A DNA stretch of 64,000 bases from Octopus sinensis (taxonomy: Eukaryota), in the NCBI RefSeq assembly GCF_006345805.1, contig NC_042998.1, positions 28,148,001 through 28,212,000 on the forward strand, read 5' to 3'. Below, in pieces: positions 1 to 13,924 of the stretch. Below the pieces are notes generated by a model, which was not told the DNA's origin, ran no database searches, and saw only the letters and a list, made by a program, of their open reading frames with translations. The translations under genes were made by a program, and so were the position numbers. Every line of letters begins with the position of its first letter. Position 1 is the first letter of the stretch.

Positions 1-403
1 TGCTCTTAGAATTTCTCCGGGTGGATTTCCAACTACTACATAACGCTGCGTAGCTAAATATAGATAGCAGATACCGAATGTTGGTGTTTTGCCAATGTTA
101 AATGATTATCGGACGTAATAGCATTTGGAATTCTAAAAAAAAAAAAAAAGAGAGACATGGATTTTGATGTGTATTCGATGTTTTCATTGCGTACATCTTT
201 TGTCTCATAAACAATATCAGATATTTTTTTTTCTCCATCGAATACAATGTTATGACTTAGTCAAACACTTGATACGTCTTGATCAATTGAAAATTATCAA
301 TATATGCTGTACTTGATGGAACCCAGTGAAAGGATGTCAGGAGTATTGATTTAACGATTTATTGAGAGATAAGCAAACGCATAATCCAATCGTCCATCCT
401 TCC

Positions 404-720
<317 letters not shown>

Positions 721-774
721 TGATTATTCATTTTTATACTTTTTGAGATCTAGTTGTAGGTTTTATATATTTTA

Positions 775-848
775 TTTGTTATTTATGTTTTGGTTTATGT
801 CTATCACTGATTGAGTTGCATAATAGTGGCTTTATATCTAATTTATAT
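775..848 (+). mobile_element. Penelope-like 3' tail relic between TA tracts
   Basis: Aligns by eye (roughly 80%) to the terminal repeat at 29140-29235 (…TAATAGTGG(C/T)TTTAT(A/C)TCTAATTT). Confidence 0.5.
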
Positions 849-854
849 CATCTG

Positions 855-903
<49 letters not shown>

Positions 904-1669
904 CATATTTGTCAGTGCCTGGATGCATGTGTGTCTATGTGTAAGTATAAGACATGCATTGTACAAATAATATTCTACTTGTGTATATAATCTATCGAAT
1001 TTACAAAACCCCGATAAGCCATTATTTCATGTTCCAACAAACGGAGGGACAAACAAACATGTATATTCTGTTTATGATTTTAAAATAATTATTCGTATAT
1101 TATTGAATTTTGGGGGATATCTCCAAAATAAAGTAGGTAAAATTATAAAAAACGTAAACAAATATTTTAGTCCAGAAATTAGTAAAACAATAAAATTTAT
1201 TTTGACTTTTGCATTCAGAATATAGAATGTCGTATGAGACTTTAACATTTCAAAAAAACATTAATTAATAATTGTTATAAAGTCAGTAGATTAGTAATAC
1301 CGCAAGGGCTGAACAAAATGTCTGACGGTATTTAAATGCATTTAGTTTCCCAAGTGGTTGTCGCTGTTCCACATTTTATCGTCTCACTTCTTGCTGTCGC
1401 CGTTTCTGTTGAAGTTAAAGTACAATGTTACTGGTTTGCGGTAGTAGCGCTGCTACTGCCTTGGGCGACCATATTAGTAGTGGTGGTGGTGGTAGTGGTG
1501 TTAGTAGAATTAGCAGCAACTACTAATGGGTGGAGGGCCGGTTCGGCTGCTGAATAATGCTTTGTTTAATCAGGAGGGGAAAAAAAAACCAACAACCTAG
1601 TTTTAAATCTCTGAATAAGATCTACGTAGTAACTGTACTGTGTAGTAAAGCTTATTTGCCAATAGAACG

Positions 1670-1823
1670 TGACGTCGCAACTCATTTCTACAACTGTGTT
1701 AACTGGGGCAACGTGAAATAAAATGTTTTGCTCAAGAACGCAACACGCAGTCCGGTCCGAGAATCGAACTCACAACCTCACGATCGTAACCTCGACAGTC
1801 TAACCACTGGGCTATGCGCCTTC
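1670..1823 (-). mobile_element. tRNA-derived SINE, family D fragment
   Basis: Minus strand GGCGCATAGCCCAGTGG A-box, GAGTTCGATTC B-box, CTTGAGCAAAACA core shared with 14046-14303. Confidence 0.75.
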
Positions 1824-1849
1824 ACCCTTTTACCGTTAAGAATATAGTT

Positions 1850-2157
1850 GTTATAAGAAGAGATAATTTGTAGGAGAATATTAGTGTCGGAAAATTCAAT
1901 TCTGATACGCTGTGAGTTGAGCATAGATTGGTACCTCAAATTTTTGGAGAAGTTCCTTTCGATGGCTTCGAAACCATTCAAGATCTGCTTGGAGGATCAA
2001 CCTTCCGAGTTCTTTTACAGGGCTTAGAAAAACTGAAGTACCGCTGCAATAAATATGTGAATCTGAAAGGGGAATATGTTGAATAAAATCATAATTAAGC
2101 GGTCCTCCTGTATTTTCTTATGCACAAAAGCCAGAACTTTCCAGAACCCCCTTCGTA
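1850..2157 (+). mobile_element. mariner transposase relic, internally deleted
   Basis: RLVPQ (WVP-like) linker joined to C-terminal GLEKLKYRCNKYVNLKGEYVE*; ends in CCCCTTCG-TA, a TIR-like end. Confidence 0.65.
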
Positions 2158-2784
2158 TTATGCATTTCTTTTTGGAATCGTGACTTTTCAATAGTGTTCC
2201 TATATTTTTGGTTTATCTTAGTTTATTTTGGCGAATCAATGTGCATGGAAATTATAGATTTTGTAATACTGCACATCAAGTATTTTAAAGATGTTTTAAA
2301 GATAACTACAATTTTTTATCGTTTTCACTATTCCTGCTTTTCTTTCTGTTTTGTCACGTTGAGTAAATTTAGTTTTTGTTGCTTGCTTTATCTGTTCACT
2401 CCATTCGACCTAATACAATTTGTAAGTTATCAAATTAAAACGGTATGATTATTTCTAGCACCAGCAACTGATAACTGCTTTTACATTTGTTTAGTATAGT
2501 GCTAGTACAATATTTTATTTCAGCATGGTATGTTGTATTTTTTGAAAAAAAAATATATGGTATGTTGTATTTTTAAAAGAAATTTAATGGTTACCTCAGC
2601 TATTTCTAGTTTACATAAAATTTGCTTGCACTATTTAATAGCGAATTAGTTCTTCCATAATAGTAAAGTAGATACTATGGCACACTTGTCAAGAATAAAC
2701 TTTATGGCAATTTCGGAATACTTAGGTTTAGCAGTTTGTAGATTAAACTATGGCGATTTATCTGAGCTGTTACATACTTAGATA

Positions 2785-3187
2785 CTCTCTTTACTCTTTT
2801 ATTCTTTTCAGTCATTTGACTGTGGCCATGCTGGAGCACCGCCTTTAGTCGAGAAAATCGATCCCAGAACTTATTCTTTGTAAGCCTAGTACTTATTCTA
2901 TCGGTCTCTTTTGCCGAACTTCTAAGTTACGTGGACATAAACACACCAGCATGTGTTGTCAAGCGGTGTTGGGGGTGGGTGGAGAAACACAGACACACAA
3001 ACACATACGCACACATATATATACGACGGGCTTCATTTAGTTTCCGTTTACCAAATCCACTCACAAAGCTTTGGTCGGCCTGAGGCTATAGTAGAAGATA
3101 CTCGCCCAAGTGCCACGCAGTGGGACGGAACCCGAAACCATGTGGTTCATAAGCAAGCTACTTACCACACAGCCACCCATACGCCTA
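2785..3187 (-). mobile_element. tRNA-derived SINE, family B
   Basis: Head GGCG…TGGCTGTGTGGTAAG, core GCCTCGGGCCGACCAAAGC, internal (TA/TG)n, (GAGTAAAA)n tail; more than 10 copies in window. Confidence 0.9.
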
Positions 3188-3854
3188 TAAGATAAAAGAT
3201 TATTTCTTTTCGCTTTTTTGCCCTTTAGTGCAAAATTCCATACAGTGAAGCCTGTAGTTTTGTACTCGACGTTGAAGCAACGGAGCAAATCATTAGTAGT
3301 AAAGGAGTTTGTCCTTGAAATACTATTTGAATTACATTCATATATCGAAGGATGTCACCGTTGCAGTGATTCAAAGTGACATATTTTCATCCGAGTAGAG
3401 TAGTTCCTATAGTTTTCAGAAACCAGTGTTGTTAATTTTGAAAATAATCATCGCTTCCAGTATCAACAATTAGATACACTGTATTTATATAATCGATCCT
3501 TGTGATACTTACGTTTGGTTTTCTAGAAGAATCTTTTAATATTCTTTTGACGTTTAGGAAATCTAATAAATCTTGAGATCTACAAGAAGTAAAACGATTT
3601 CAATAAGAAGGAATTACATAGTTGTTGCATAATTACTTTTTCTGTATCAGTTTTGCATCATTAAGTCAATTATTAAGGTTAATATATCGATATATATTCT
3701 TATTGTGTAAATTTAGAAAATATTTAAAAAACTATATAATTATTTTATAATATTTAAGATTATAATTAAGGTGGTTAGTGATATTTCGCCTGTCTCAACG
3801 TTACGAGGACAAATTCTTTATCTTTCATCATTTTGGAGTCGATAAAATAAGTAC

Positions 3855-4087
3855 CTATTTCTTTACTACCCACAAGGGGCTAAACACACAGAGGACAAAC
3901 AAGGACAGGCAAACGGATTAAGTCGATTATATCGACCCCAGTGCGTAACTGGTACTTATTTAATCGACCCCGAAAGGATGAACGGCAAAGTCGACCTCGG
4001 CGGAATTTGAACTCAGAACGTAACGGCAGACGAAATAGGGCTACGCATTTCGCCCGGCGTGCTAACGTTTCTACCAGCTCGCCGTCT
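3855..4087 (-). mobile_element. tRNA-derived SINE, family A
   Basis: Head GGCGAGCTGGTAGAAACGTTAGC, B-box GAGTTCAAATTCC, tail GTAAAGAAATAG; inserted in an older plus-strand SINE. Confidence 0.9.
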
Positions 4088-4499
4088 TAAAATGTTAAAT
4101 AAGACCCCTTTATTTCCTGGCAGATATTTGAAACCTCTACCTCTGTGTTATGTTACTACTTTTAAACATCTTTACCTACTAGGCCACCAAAGCAGCAACA
4201 TCGATTATATAAGTACCGTTGGAGTACTGGGGTCGATGTAACCGACTTGCTTCCTCCTGTGCAATTCTGGCCTTGTGCCAGAAATTTTAAATTAATATCT
4301 AATTTATAATTAGCCTTATATTTGAAAAGAATAATAATTATCCAGTGAGCTAAGGATTTTGTTCCTTGCAATTGATTGACAACTACATTAGTCTTCAGAT
4401 AATCAATATGCTGCTATTATGTAAATCTTCTAAAGTTTACAATATTCATGTTTGTTGAGGTATGTAATATATTCTAGGTGTTACATCCATGTGTTTCAT

Positions 4500-4802
4500 T
4501 TTTGGATTTAGTTTGCAAGATTCTTTATATGAGTTCGTGTGTTGAAGCATATTCTTTTGTGTCTGGGGAGAGTAATTTTTATTTTTGTGCCTTATAATGT
4601 AACACACTCACCAGTAAAATATCCACTTATTTTTATTTTCCTAAAAGTTTCGTTGCATCTTACAACCTTTTCAATAGTCTTGCAACACGCAACGAAAATT
4701 TTAGGAAAATAAAAATAAGAAAAAAGTGGAAATTTTACCGGTGAGTGTGTTACATTATAAGGCACAAAAAGAAAATGACTCTCCCCAGACACAACAGAAT
4801 AT
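4500..4802. mobile_element. Foldback/MITE-like element with about 120-bp inverted arms
   Basis: Arms run inward from 4549 and 4802 (GTGCCTTATAATGTAACACACTCACC / GGTGAGTGTGTTACATTATAAGGCAC); second copy at 50920-51321. Confidence 0.75.
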
Positions 4803-5365
4803 TCATGTGTTGTTTTACAGTCTTCTTTTCACATTTTCTACAAAATTTTAGTTGTTAATTTCGAAGCGGTGTATTCTAGATGTCTAATTTCGTTTAACAA
4901 CCGATAAAGAATATACTTGGATACACAAACAGTTTATTGCGGGAATCATTCCGACAAGATTATTCCAATTCCCGACCGTTGCATCTATTGACGCAGAAAG
5001 AATAAAATGTCATATCTAATAATATAATCAAATCTTTGCAGTACAAATTATGTGTTCCCGTAGTCATCATTTTGATAAGATTTTGTTTAGAAAATTCAGT
5101 TAAGTTCATGTGTAATTTCTAATTTTTACAAAGCCTTGCATTTTGTTTTAATACTTCTTTCTGACGTGATTTTGTGCTGTGTTTTTATTTCTATTTTTCT
5201 GTCTCACCTCAGATAATATTATTTTCCATTTCTGTGTCTAGAACAGTTTTGTTGTTTGTTGCTTGACTTTTGCTCGTATTGATTGCAGCTCATGAAATTA
5301 CGCAGACAGTTGCATACATTAAGACATTTATAATCAGACACAATTACGTCATCCTTCTACCATGT

Positions 5366-5408
<43 letters not shown>

Positions 5409-5895
5409 AATCACAATTGCATTATTTTACTAATAGCTTATTTTTAAGATTTCATTTGTAATTTGTCAAGATTTGAAATGAATTTTATTTTTCCTTGATT
5501 CTTTTCCATATTTTGTTAATATATTTTCTTTTGGTAATTCATTGTCAGCCAACATATAATTAACTCTGGTTGAGCAATAATAGCTTCAAGGTGATTATTT
5601 TCGTAATCTTTATGCTGGTTTCGATCATTGGAAGGCAGGTATGCTGAAATGCAACCTTAAACCATTTTAAGTCGAATATATCGACCTCAGTAATCTGTTT
5701 GGTATTTCTTTTATTGACATCAGCCAGAGACAAAAGACAACGTCAAGCAGGCTTTTAGGAAGTCAATGAATGCAGATTGAAATTCCAAATAATAGATTCC
5801 TTCAACTGTAGGATTCGTAACAAAAACCTCCTGTAAGCAGACACAGACACACACATTTTGAGTATGTGTGTGCGTTTTTGTGTATGCCTTCGCTT

Positions 5896-6347
5896 CTTTA
5901 CTCTTTTACTCGTTTACTTGTTTCAGTCATTTGACTGCGGCAATGCTGAAGCACCGCCTTTAGTGGAGCAAATCCACCCTAGGACTTATTCTTTGTAAGC
6001 CTAGTACTTATTCTATCGGTCTCTTTTGCCGAACCGCTAAGTTACGGGGATGTAAACACACCAGCATCGGTTGTCAAGCGATGTTGGGGAGGGACAAACA
6101 GACACACAAACACACATATATATATATACATACACATATATATTTCAGTTTCCGTCTACCAAATGCACACATATATATATACATACACATATATATTTCG
6201 GTTTCCGTCTACCAAATCCACTCACAAGGCTTTGGTCGGCCCGAGACTGTAGTAGAAGACACTTGTACAAAGTGCCAGTGCGTGGCACTGAACCCGGAAC
6301 CATGTGGTTGGTAGCAAGCTACATACCACACAGCAACTCCTGCACCT
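5896..6347 (-). mobile_element. SINE family B with internal tandem duplication
   Basis: Family B head and tail; TTTC(A/G)GTTTCCGTCTACCAAAT block present twice. Confidence 0.9.
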
Positions 6348-6527
6348 ATAAATAAATAACGATCTCGCGAGAATATAAAATTCATAAATTTACTATTGTG
6401 TCCGTTAATCAATTTGCATATTTTAATTTTGAATCCAAAATAACATAGTTTTAATGGAAATCCATAACTAACTCGATATCTCTTCTCTCTCAGTCGAAGT
6501 TGCAAGAACACAGCTAGCAACAATCAA

Positions 6528-6940
6528 CTCTTTTACTCTTTTACTCGTTTCAGTCATTTGACTGTGGCCATGCTGGAGCACCGCCTTTAGTCGAACAAAT
6601 CAACCCCGGGACTTATTCTTTGTAAGCCCAGTACTTATTCTATCGGTCACTTTTGCCGAACCGCTAAGTGACGGGGACGTAAACACAACAGCATCGGTTG
6701 TCAAGCAATGCTAGGGAGACAAACACAGACACACAAACATATACACACACATACACACACATATATATACATATATACGACAGGCTTCTTTCAGTTTCCG
6801 TCTACCAAATCCACTCACAAGGCATTGATCGGCCCGAGGCTATAGCAGAAGACACTTGCTCAAGATGCCACGCAGTGGAACTGAACCCGGAAGCATGTGG
6901 TTAGTAAGCAAGCTACTTGCCACACAGCCACTCCTGCGCC
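6528..6940 (-). mobile_element. SINE family B
   Basis: Full-length match to other family B copies. Confidence 0.9.
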
Positions 6941-7021
6941 TGTATATAACCAGCTAGATAACCTGCCACTGTATATAACCAGCTAGATAAACGACTCGAT
7001 TATAAATATGCAGCTGATGAA

Positions 7022-7360
7022 GGCGGCGAGCTGGCAGAAACGTTAGCACGCCTGGCGAAATGCGTAGCAGTATTTCGTCTGCCGTTATGTTTTGAGTTCA
7101 AATTTCGCCGAGGTCGACTTTGCCTTTCATCCCTTCGGGGTCGATTAAATAAGTACCAGCTAAGCACTGGGGTCAATGTAATCGGCTTCATCTGTTTGTC
7201 TGTCCTTGTTTGTTCCCTCTATGTTTAGCCCCTTGTGGGCAATAAAGAAATAGGTATTTCGTCAGCCGTTACGTCCTGAGTTCAAATTCCGTCGAGGTCG
7301 ACTTTCCCTTTCATCGTTTCGGGATCGATAAATAAAGTACCTGTTTCGCACTGGGGACGA
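7022..7360 (+). mobile_element. SINE family A plus headless second unit
   Basis: Full unit to 7253, then GTATTTCGTC… second unit. Confidence 0.9.
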
Positions 7361-7759
7361 AGTAAGATGTGTTCTTGGCAGGACTGGCATATCTGTACAC
7401 ACACGCATGCGCGCACACACACATATACACACACAGACGCGCGCGCGTGCACATGTGTGTATAACAGATGAGGTTATATATTATTTGCTATTTGGCGCTT
7501 AAGGAAGGACTCTCAACTTGGCTTAACAATTTCATCGTAACCTGTGATACACACCTATGACCTTATGTGCAAACTGGATGTGTTTATAACGATATTTATC
7601 TGCCTTCCTACTTCAATGTATCGCCACGACGACATCGATCTCTTCGTCTGCCGTAAGGCATTATTTTCCAAATACGCCAGCTAAGCTAAGTTGAACTGTC
7701 TAAAGTCGTAAGACACCTGTTGTTGTTGTTTTTGTCCTTATTATTATAGTTTTTTGTAT

Positions 7760-7990
7760 TTATATTCGTGTGGCATCGTCCGTTTTCCCGTCCTTGTTTC
7801 GTATACATTCGATCTTTTTTTCCAAGAAATCTAATGCTCGTAGCTTAGTTTTTCCTTGGGGCTGGCCGGATCAGAGCGATCTCAAGATTAATCAGCCGAA
7901 ATTGCGAGGAAAATCCGGTTCTTGACTGAAGATTAGAGGCTTCGAATGACCCTTCCATTTTTTGTGTCCTCTATCTGAATGTTTTGCGTT
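7760..7990 (+). repeat. Unclassified interspersed repeat, possibly a LINE 3' UTR
   Basis: GC-richer block followed by T-rich/TA tail next to the Tx1 relic; no coding motif. Confidence 0.3.
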
Positions 7991-8029
7991 CTTGTCCCAT
8001 TTTGTATTTTTATATATATTTTTTATACA

Positions 8030-8380
<351 letters not shown>

Positions 8381-8589
8381 TCGTAACATAGAGTTGACAA
8401 CCAAGTGTGGCGTCATATTCAGGTCAGTGAAACCCTTTACGAACATTTAGAAATAAGTAAGTAAAATTTGTACTATATAAAAATACGAGGAAAATAGACT
8501 GTTAAAATGTATAAATAAAAAAGAAAAAAACGATACAAAAACAACAACAAAAGACTAAGAAAAAGAACAAGCTAAAAAAAAGGAAAATA

Positions 8590-10043
8590 AAAGAAAAAAG
8601 ACTGTTTTAAATCTTCTAATTCCACGACCTACGGGAGCTCGTCCAACTCAACTATTCAAGACACTACAGAGACAGAAGACAGACAGTGAGAGCACGTGAG
8701 GGGAAACAATAGAAAAAGAAGACTGAAACCACGCCCCTACAGAAACACCTGCACGTTCACAACCCGACCACACATCCACGCGAACACTCACACAAACACA
8801 CACAACATCGCAAACACATATAGGCACTCAAAACACACACAAACACAGCCACAGGATACACAGAACTCAACCTTCCTATCCCACATGGCCATAACGGCTA
8901 TTAATACGAGGGGCGTTCAATAAGTAATGCCTCTGACCCACTTGCAGTTGTTTGATCTAGCTGAAATTTTACATGTGCAAATATTGATATCTCTATAGAT
9001 TAAGTAGCAAATTACAGCTCTGAACTAAATGTGGTTTCTGATTTACAGGTGTTTGAACTGAGTCAAGTGTGAAATGGAGCCTGTTGAGTGTCGAGCAGTG
9101 ATCCGGTTTTTGTATTTGAAAGGACACACACTACGAGAGACTTTTGATGAAATGAAAGTAACTTATGGTGATGATGACCTTGTAAAACGCTGGCATCGTG
9201 AATTCAAACATGGTCGGAACTCTGTGGAAACAGCTCCCAGATCTGGTCGCCCCCCCTTCTGCCATTGATAAGGCATCTGTCCGTCAAGTTGAGGCTGCCA
9301 TTTTGGAAGATCGACGCATAACTATTCGCCAAATAGCCCATGAGGTCAAGATTAGTATCGGGTCTGTGGAAACTATCATTCATGACCATTTGCATATGCT
9401 AAAGGTGTCAGCCATGAAGTTGTTTTTGAAAGGAAAGCGTTTCCCAGATGATGCAGCCTTGATTTCTGAAGTCACGTCGTGGTTGGAGAACCAAGCTGGG
9501 GTCTTCTACAAAAACGGTCTCCAGAGCTGCATCAAACAATGGGAGAAATGCGTAACTCTGGGTGGTTCCTATATGGAAAAAGATTAATAACTGTGCCAAG
9601 TTTCGTTGCTCTACTGCTATGGGAAGTAGGTCAGGGGCATTACTTATTGAACGCCCCTCGTAACTAATACATTTTTTTTTAATGATAGCAAAGCAGAAAA
9701 TGACAAAAATATTCAAACCACCAGATAACACAGACACCCCAGAAAGCATAGAACTTTTCATATAATATAGAGAAAATTATGACTACAAAAAGAAAAGAAA
9801 AAGCTTAAGAGACGTTGGTCCTTGGGTAAGAAACCTCTCTGAAAATATGTACAGAGAACTCACAATCAACTCACCAATCACTGCTTAAGCGGTCGAGGAA
9901 GGACCTACATCCTAGCAGGAAAACATTTAAAAGAAAAGTAAGCAACAATCATGTACTCGCTTAATATAGGATGTATAAATGTGCGTGGCCTGAAATCGGA
10001 TTGGAAGCAAGTTTGCCTTCTAAACGATCTCAGGTCACATCGG
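8590..10043 (+). mobile_element. L1/Tx1-like LINE fragment: ORF1 end and ORF2 endonuclease start, interrupted by mariner
   Basis: ATG at 9951 gives MYSLNIGCINVRGLKSDWKQVCLLNDLRSH, the APE N-terminal xNVRGL motif. Confidence 0.7.
8907..9660 (+). mobile_element. Internally deleted mariner transposon (754 bp)
   Basis: About 36-bp TIRs CGAGGGGCGTTCAATAAGTAATGCC…, TA target duplication on both sides (8905-6, 9661-2); HTH region MEPVECRAVIRFL…RSGRP and C-terminal QWEKCVTLGGSYMEKD; DD34D core absent. Confidence 0.95.
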
Positions 10044-10647
10044 TTTTTGTTACTTGTAGACTTGAAGGATAGTTATCCTATCCCCCAAGCCTGTTAATAT
10101 AGCACCAATACGCCAAGCAACATCTATTTCCGCTGGTACTTCCCCACCCCACTATTACCTTAAAAGACCGTCTACCAAGATACACAGGCAGGAGAGCCAC
10201 CTCGACTGTTTTCAACGAGTTCGTTGAATGTTCCTTAGTTTTTTTCTTTGGTACGAAAACGCACCTCCACAGTGCCGTATCTCTTTCCCATGGTTATGTC
10301 GGTAACATCCATCCAAATAGGGCGAAGGCATTTTCTCTACTGCTTCTTTAGTCGCCTGTTCTATTCTTTTTGTTTTCACTGAAACTGTTTTATAAACCAC
10401 AGTTTTCCTTGCTGCATTCTGTATAATTTCACTAGTAGGTGAAACTTTCACCTCGCTACCCTCTCTTCGTTGTATATACTTGTCTCTGCCCGGTTTTTTT
10501 TTGTTACGTTTTTTTTTGTTACGTTGGCAGCCGACGCCAAGTTTACGTTTCTCTCCTCGTTTTCTTCTTCTCCGCTTTGTTCTGCTTTCTTCTGTCTATC
10601 CCTTTCTTTCATTCTGCGTTCCATCAGCGTTTCTTCGTCACTGGATA
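10044..10647 (-). mobile_element. Tx1-like ORF1 N-terminal fragment, inverted
   Basis: MNNVSSDEETL…, then across frameshifts ITMGKRYGTVEVRFR… and VALLPVYLGRRSFKVIV; gag-like ORF1 character (by eye). Confidence 0.55.
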
Positions 10648-10660
10648 CGTTATTCATATG

Positions 10661-11047
10661 TGGAGGCGCAATGGCCCAGTGGTTAGGGCAGCGGACTCGC
10701 GGTCATAGGATCGCGGTTTCGATTCCCAGACCGGGCGTTGTGAGTGTTTATTGAGCGAAAACACCTAAAAACTCCACAAGGCTCCGGCAGGGGATGGTGG
10801 TGATCCCTGCTGTACTCTTTCACGACAACTTTCTCTCACTCTTACTTCCTGTTTCTGTTGTACCTGTATTTCAAGGGGCCGGCCTTGTCACTCTCTGTGT
10901 CACGCTGAATATCCCCGAGAACTACGTTAAAGGTGCACGTGTCTGTGGAGTGCTCAGCCACTTACACGTTAATTTCACGAGCAGGCTGTTCCGTTGATTC
11001 GGATCAACCGGAACCCTCATCGTCGTAACCGACGGAGTACTTCCACC
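10661..11047 (+). mobile_element. tRNA-derived SINE, family C
   Basis: GGAGGCGCAATGGCCCAGTGG A-box, GTTTCGATTCCC B-box; near copy at 37335-37687. Confidence 0.9.
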
Positions 11048-11269
11048 ACATATATATACGTATATATTTATTTACCTGCAGTTAAATATATGAATAGAAT
11101 CGAATGTAGAATTACATTATTGCGATGTGAACAATTCAATGACACACATGCTTCACAGTGTATAATTTTCAAACACACACTTTTCTTTGAGCTGTTTAGA
11201 GAACGGCTTGTCAGAGAATGGAGACAACGTTTCCACTGCTTGTCATGAAAGATGACTAAAGAGGTTCTT

Positions 11270-11335
11270 CTTCTTCTCTGCTTCTTCTTCTTTTTCTTCT
11301 TTTTTTTTCTTTTTCTTCTTCTTCTGCTGCTGCTG

Positions 11336-11377
<42 letters not shown>

Positions 11378-11395
11378 ATATTACTACTACTACTT
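11270..11395. repeat. (CTT)/(CTG)/(CTA)n trinucleotide repeat
   Basis: Direct repeats; poly-Leu pseudo-ORF. Confidence 0.95.
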
Positions 11396-12370
11396 TCGTC
11401 CCATCATCATTTTCTTCCCTTCATCTACTCCTCCCTCTCCTTTTCATCGGTTCTTTTTGGAGTAACTTCCTCCTGTTTTGAGTTTTTTTCTGATTATATT
11501 TCTACAAAAGACAGCCCCCATACAAGAACTGAATGTCTCAAATTAGCAATTTAATTTTTTTTTTTTTTAATTCTTGGTTCCACACCAGTCTACCTCGTTT
11601 CTCCATATCTTTTCTGTAGGTTAATATTCTTTTCTTATAAGCTACATTTCCTTTAATATCTTACTCGAATCAATTTTGAACTTTTCTTAACGTATCAACT
11701 GACATCTTGCATTTTCTTTGCTGCACTCTTCATATCTTCCACAAATGTTAAGTATAATCGATTAATGCTACTTCTTGGGTAGAATGCATTAAATATTATC
11801 AATATATTACTTATTCTGAACTAGTTATTAGATCTAAACTACCCAGTCATTTCGCTTTTACTTCTTTAGAAATTACATAATCTCAGGATTGTTATAAAGC
11901 CAGCGATTGTCAGCTTCAATATTCTTTTCCTTTTCACTTATTATATACATCGAAGTCTTCTGAATTCTTTTCAGGTTTGTCTTTCATATTTTCCTAAATG
12001 AATATACCGAGCAACACAATATCAATATCTTACATATGTTCTCATATTTCTTCCTCCGATATCAATCCACCTTAATTCCACCATCGATATTCTCAAAATT
12101 CATAATTCGAATGTCTAATGTAGATGCCCTTGTCCTTAAATAAAGTTCGATTTTATCGTAAGATGCTTTTATGGTTCCAGTTCATATGACATTTAGTCGA
12201 TATACGTGTATTTGTTACAAAAATGTACTCTGCGTATCGTGAAAGTTTTCATTCCGAATGAAGGTATTACGAAATATATAAACTAATCAGATACGAAACG
12301 TAAGTTGTATTCAGATGTTGCAACACGTTTGAAGATGTTTAGGTTTATTTGAAGATGTTTAGGTTTATTA

Positions 12371-12525
12371 CATCGACGCCCACCTTACTGTTTAACTGGT
12401 ACTTATTTTATCAACTTCTAATGGGATAAAGGTTGAAGTCGACTTCAGCGGAATTTGTACTCGAAACATGAAATGTCGCTAAGTATTTTGCTCACCGTTC
12501 TAACGATTCTGTCAGCTCAGCGCCA
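12371..12525 (-). mobile_element. Old family-A-related SINE
   Basis: AAGTCGACTTCAGCGGAATTTG and CTAACGATTCTGTCAGCTC motifs. Confidence 0.7.
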
Positions 12526-13525
12526 TAGAAAACCTTATATTTTAACATGGTAGATGTTATATCTTAACATTAGTTATAGAGCTTTATGAATTATTGTTTT
12601 ATTTAAAACAGAGAATATTATAAAATATAAGATGCAGATATTACTAAATAATATATCTCTGAAAATTAATATATGATCTATAAAATTCTATAAATAAATA
12701 TAGATATCCATTCCTGTGAGTCATCTGCGGGGAGCAGAGCTTTGGCACACGAAACAATTTATTTTAATCGGCCATACAATCATCACGTGATCATTTCCAG
12801 CAGTTGAAATTAACGAAAATAATCCCAACCTTCGTCTCGCCTTTTAAAATTGAACATTCGTAGAGTTTCTATAGAACATATATTTATGTTATAAAACAGT
12901 TGTCTTTTGCACTTGAAATCTTACGTGAAAACTATATTATTACTCTAGACATCAACATACTCTTTGATCATGTCTAAGATGAAGTTCTCCTAAGCTGACA
13001 TCATACATTTAATCAAATTTGTAGTGTTTCACTATTTGGGCTTTGGCCTTTCAAACTCTTCTCTCGGTTGACTAATAACCTGGTTGATGTAACTTCTAAC
13101 GATATACATTATTTGTAGATAACATCCTTTGTTTCTCTTTAACATTCCATTTCGAGTTGCCATCCGAACTCAATTTAGAGACATCACCGTATATTTAAAT
13201 TCATTCCATTATCACGCACCTTGAAAACAATCCCATGTGCATTATTACGTTTTTAGTTCAACCAAGCACAATACTTACATATCCTTCAAATTACGTATCA
13301 CAGACTTAAAAAGAAGACATTATACAACGTAACCCGGTTACAACATGTCAGAATTAAAGACTGTTGCCGCAAAAATGCCTTTCATCTTTGATCTATCATT
13401 TCCATTAAGGCTGAACAATGGCTATGCTTTTCTTTATGATATCTTTTTTTTACTTATTTAGCGGATATGAAACCATTATTAGCGCCAAAGTAGTGAAGGA
13501 CCGCCACATCATTACACAACGTGCC

Positions 13526-13755
13526 GGCGGCGAGCTGGGAGGCACGTTAGCGCGCCGGGCGAAATGCTTAGCAGTATTTCGTCTGTCGTTACGTTCTGTG
13601 TTCAAATTCCGCCGAGGTCAACTTTGCCTTTCATCCTTTCGGGGTCGATAAATAAAGTACCAGTTTCGCACTGGGGTCGATATAATCGACTTAATCCCTT
13701 TGACTGTCCTTGTTTGTCCTCTCTATGTTTAGCCCCTTGTGGGCAATAAAGAAAT
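13526..13755 (+). mobile_element. SINE family A
   Basis: Full-length head to AAGAAATA tail. Confidence 0.9.
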
Positions 13756-13924
13756 ATATATTTAGTTAGTACCCTTTACGTTGTAAGTTCAAACCACAGT
13801 GCGGAAAACTAGATCTGTTCGAGTTGATGCTAGTCAATTAGAGCAGACGACAGAATTTGTAGTTCTTTCGCCTATGCTACTAGCTAATAGATTAAGGAAT
13901 AAATATTGATGTGGAGCTTTACTG

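Noticed and set aside
13280-13305. 26-nt minus-strand micro-exon before GTAAGT
   Set aside because: AAG acceptor, not frame-preserving; expected by chance
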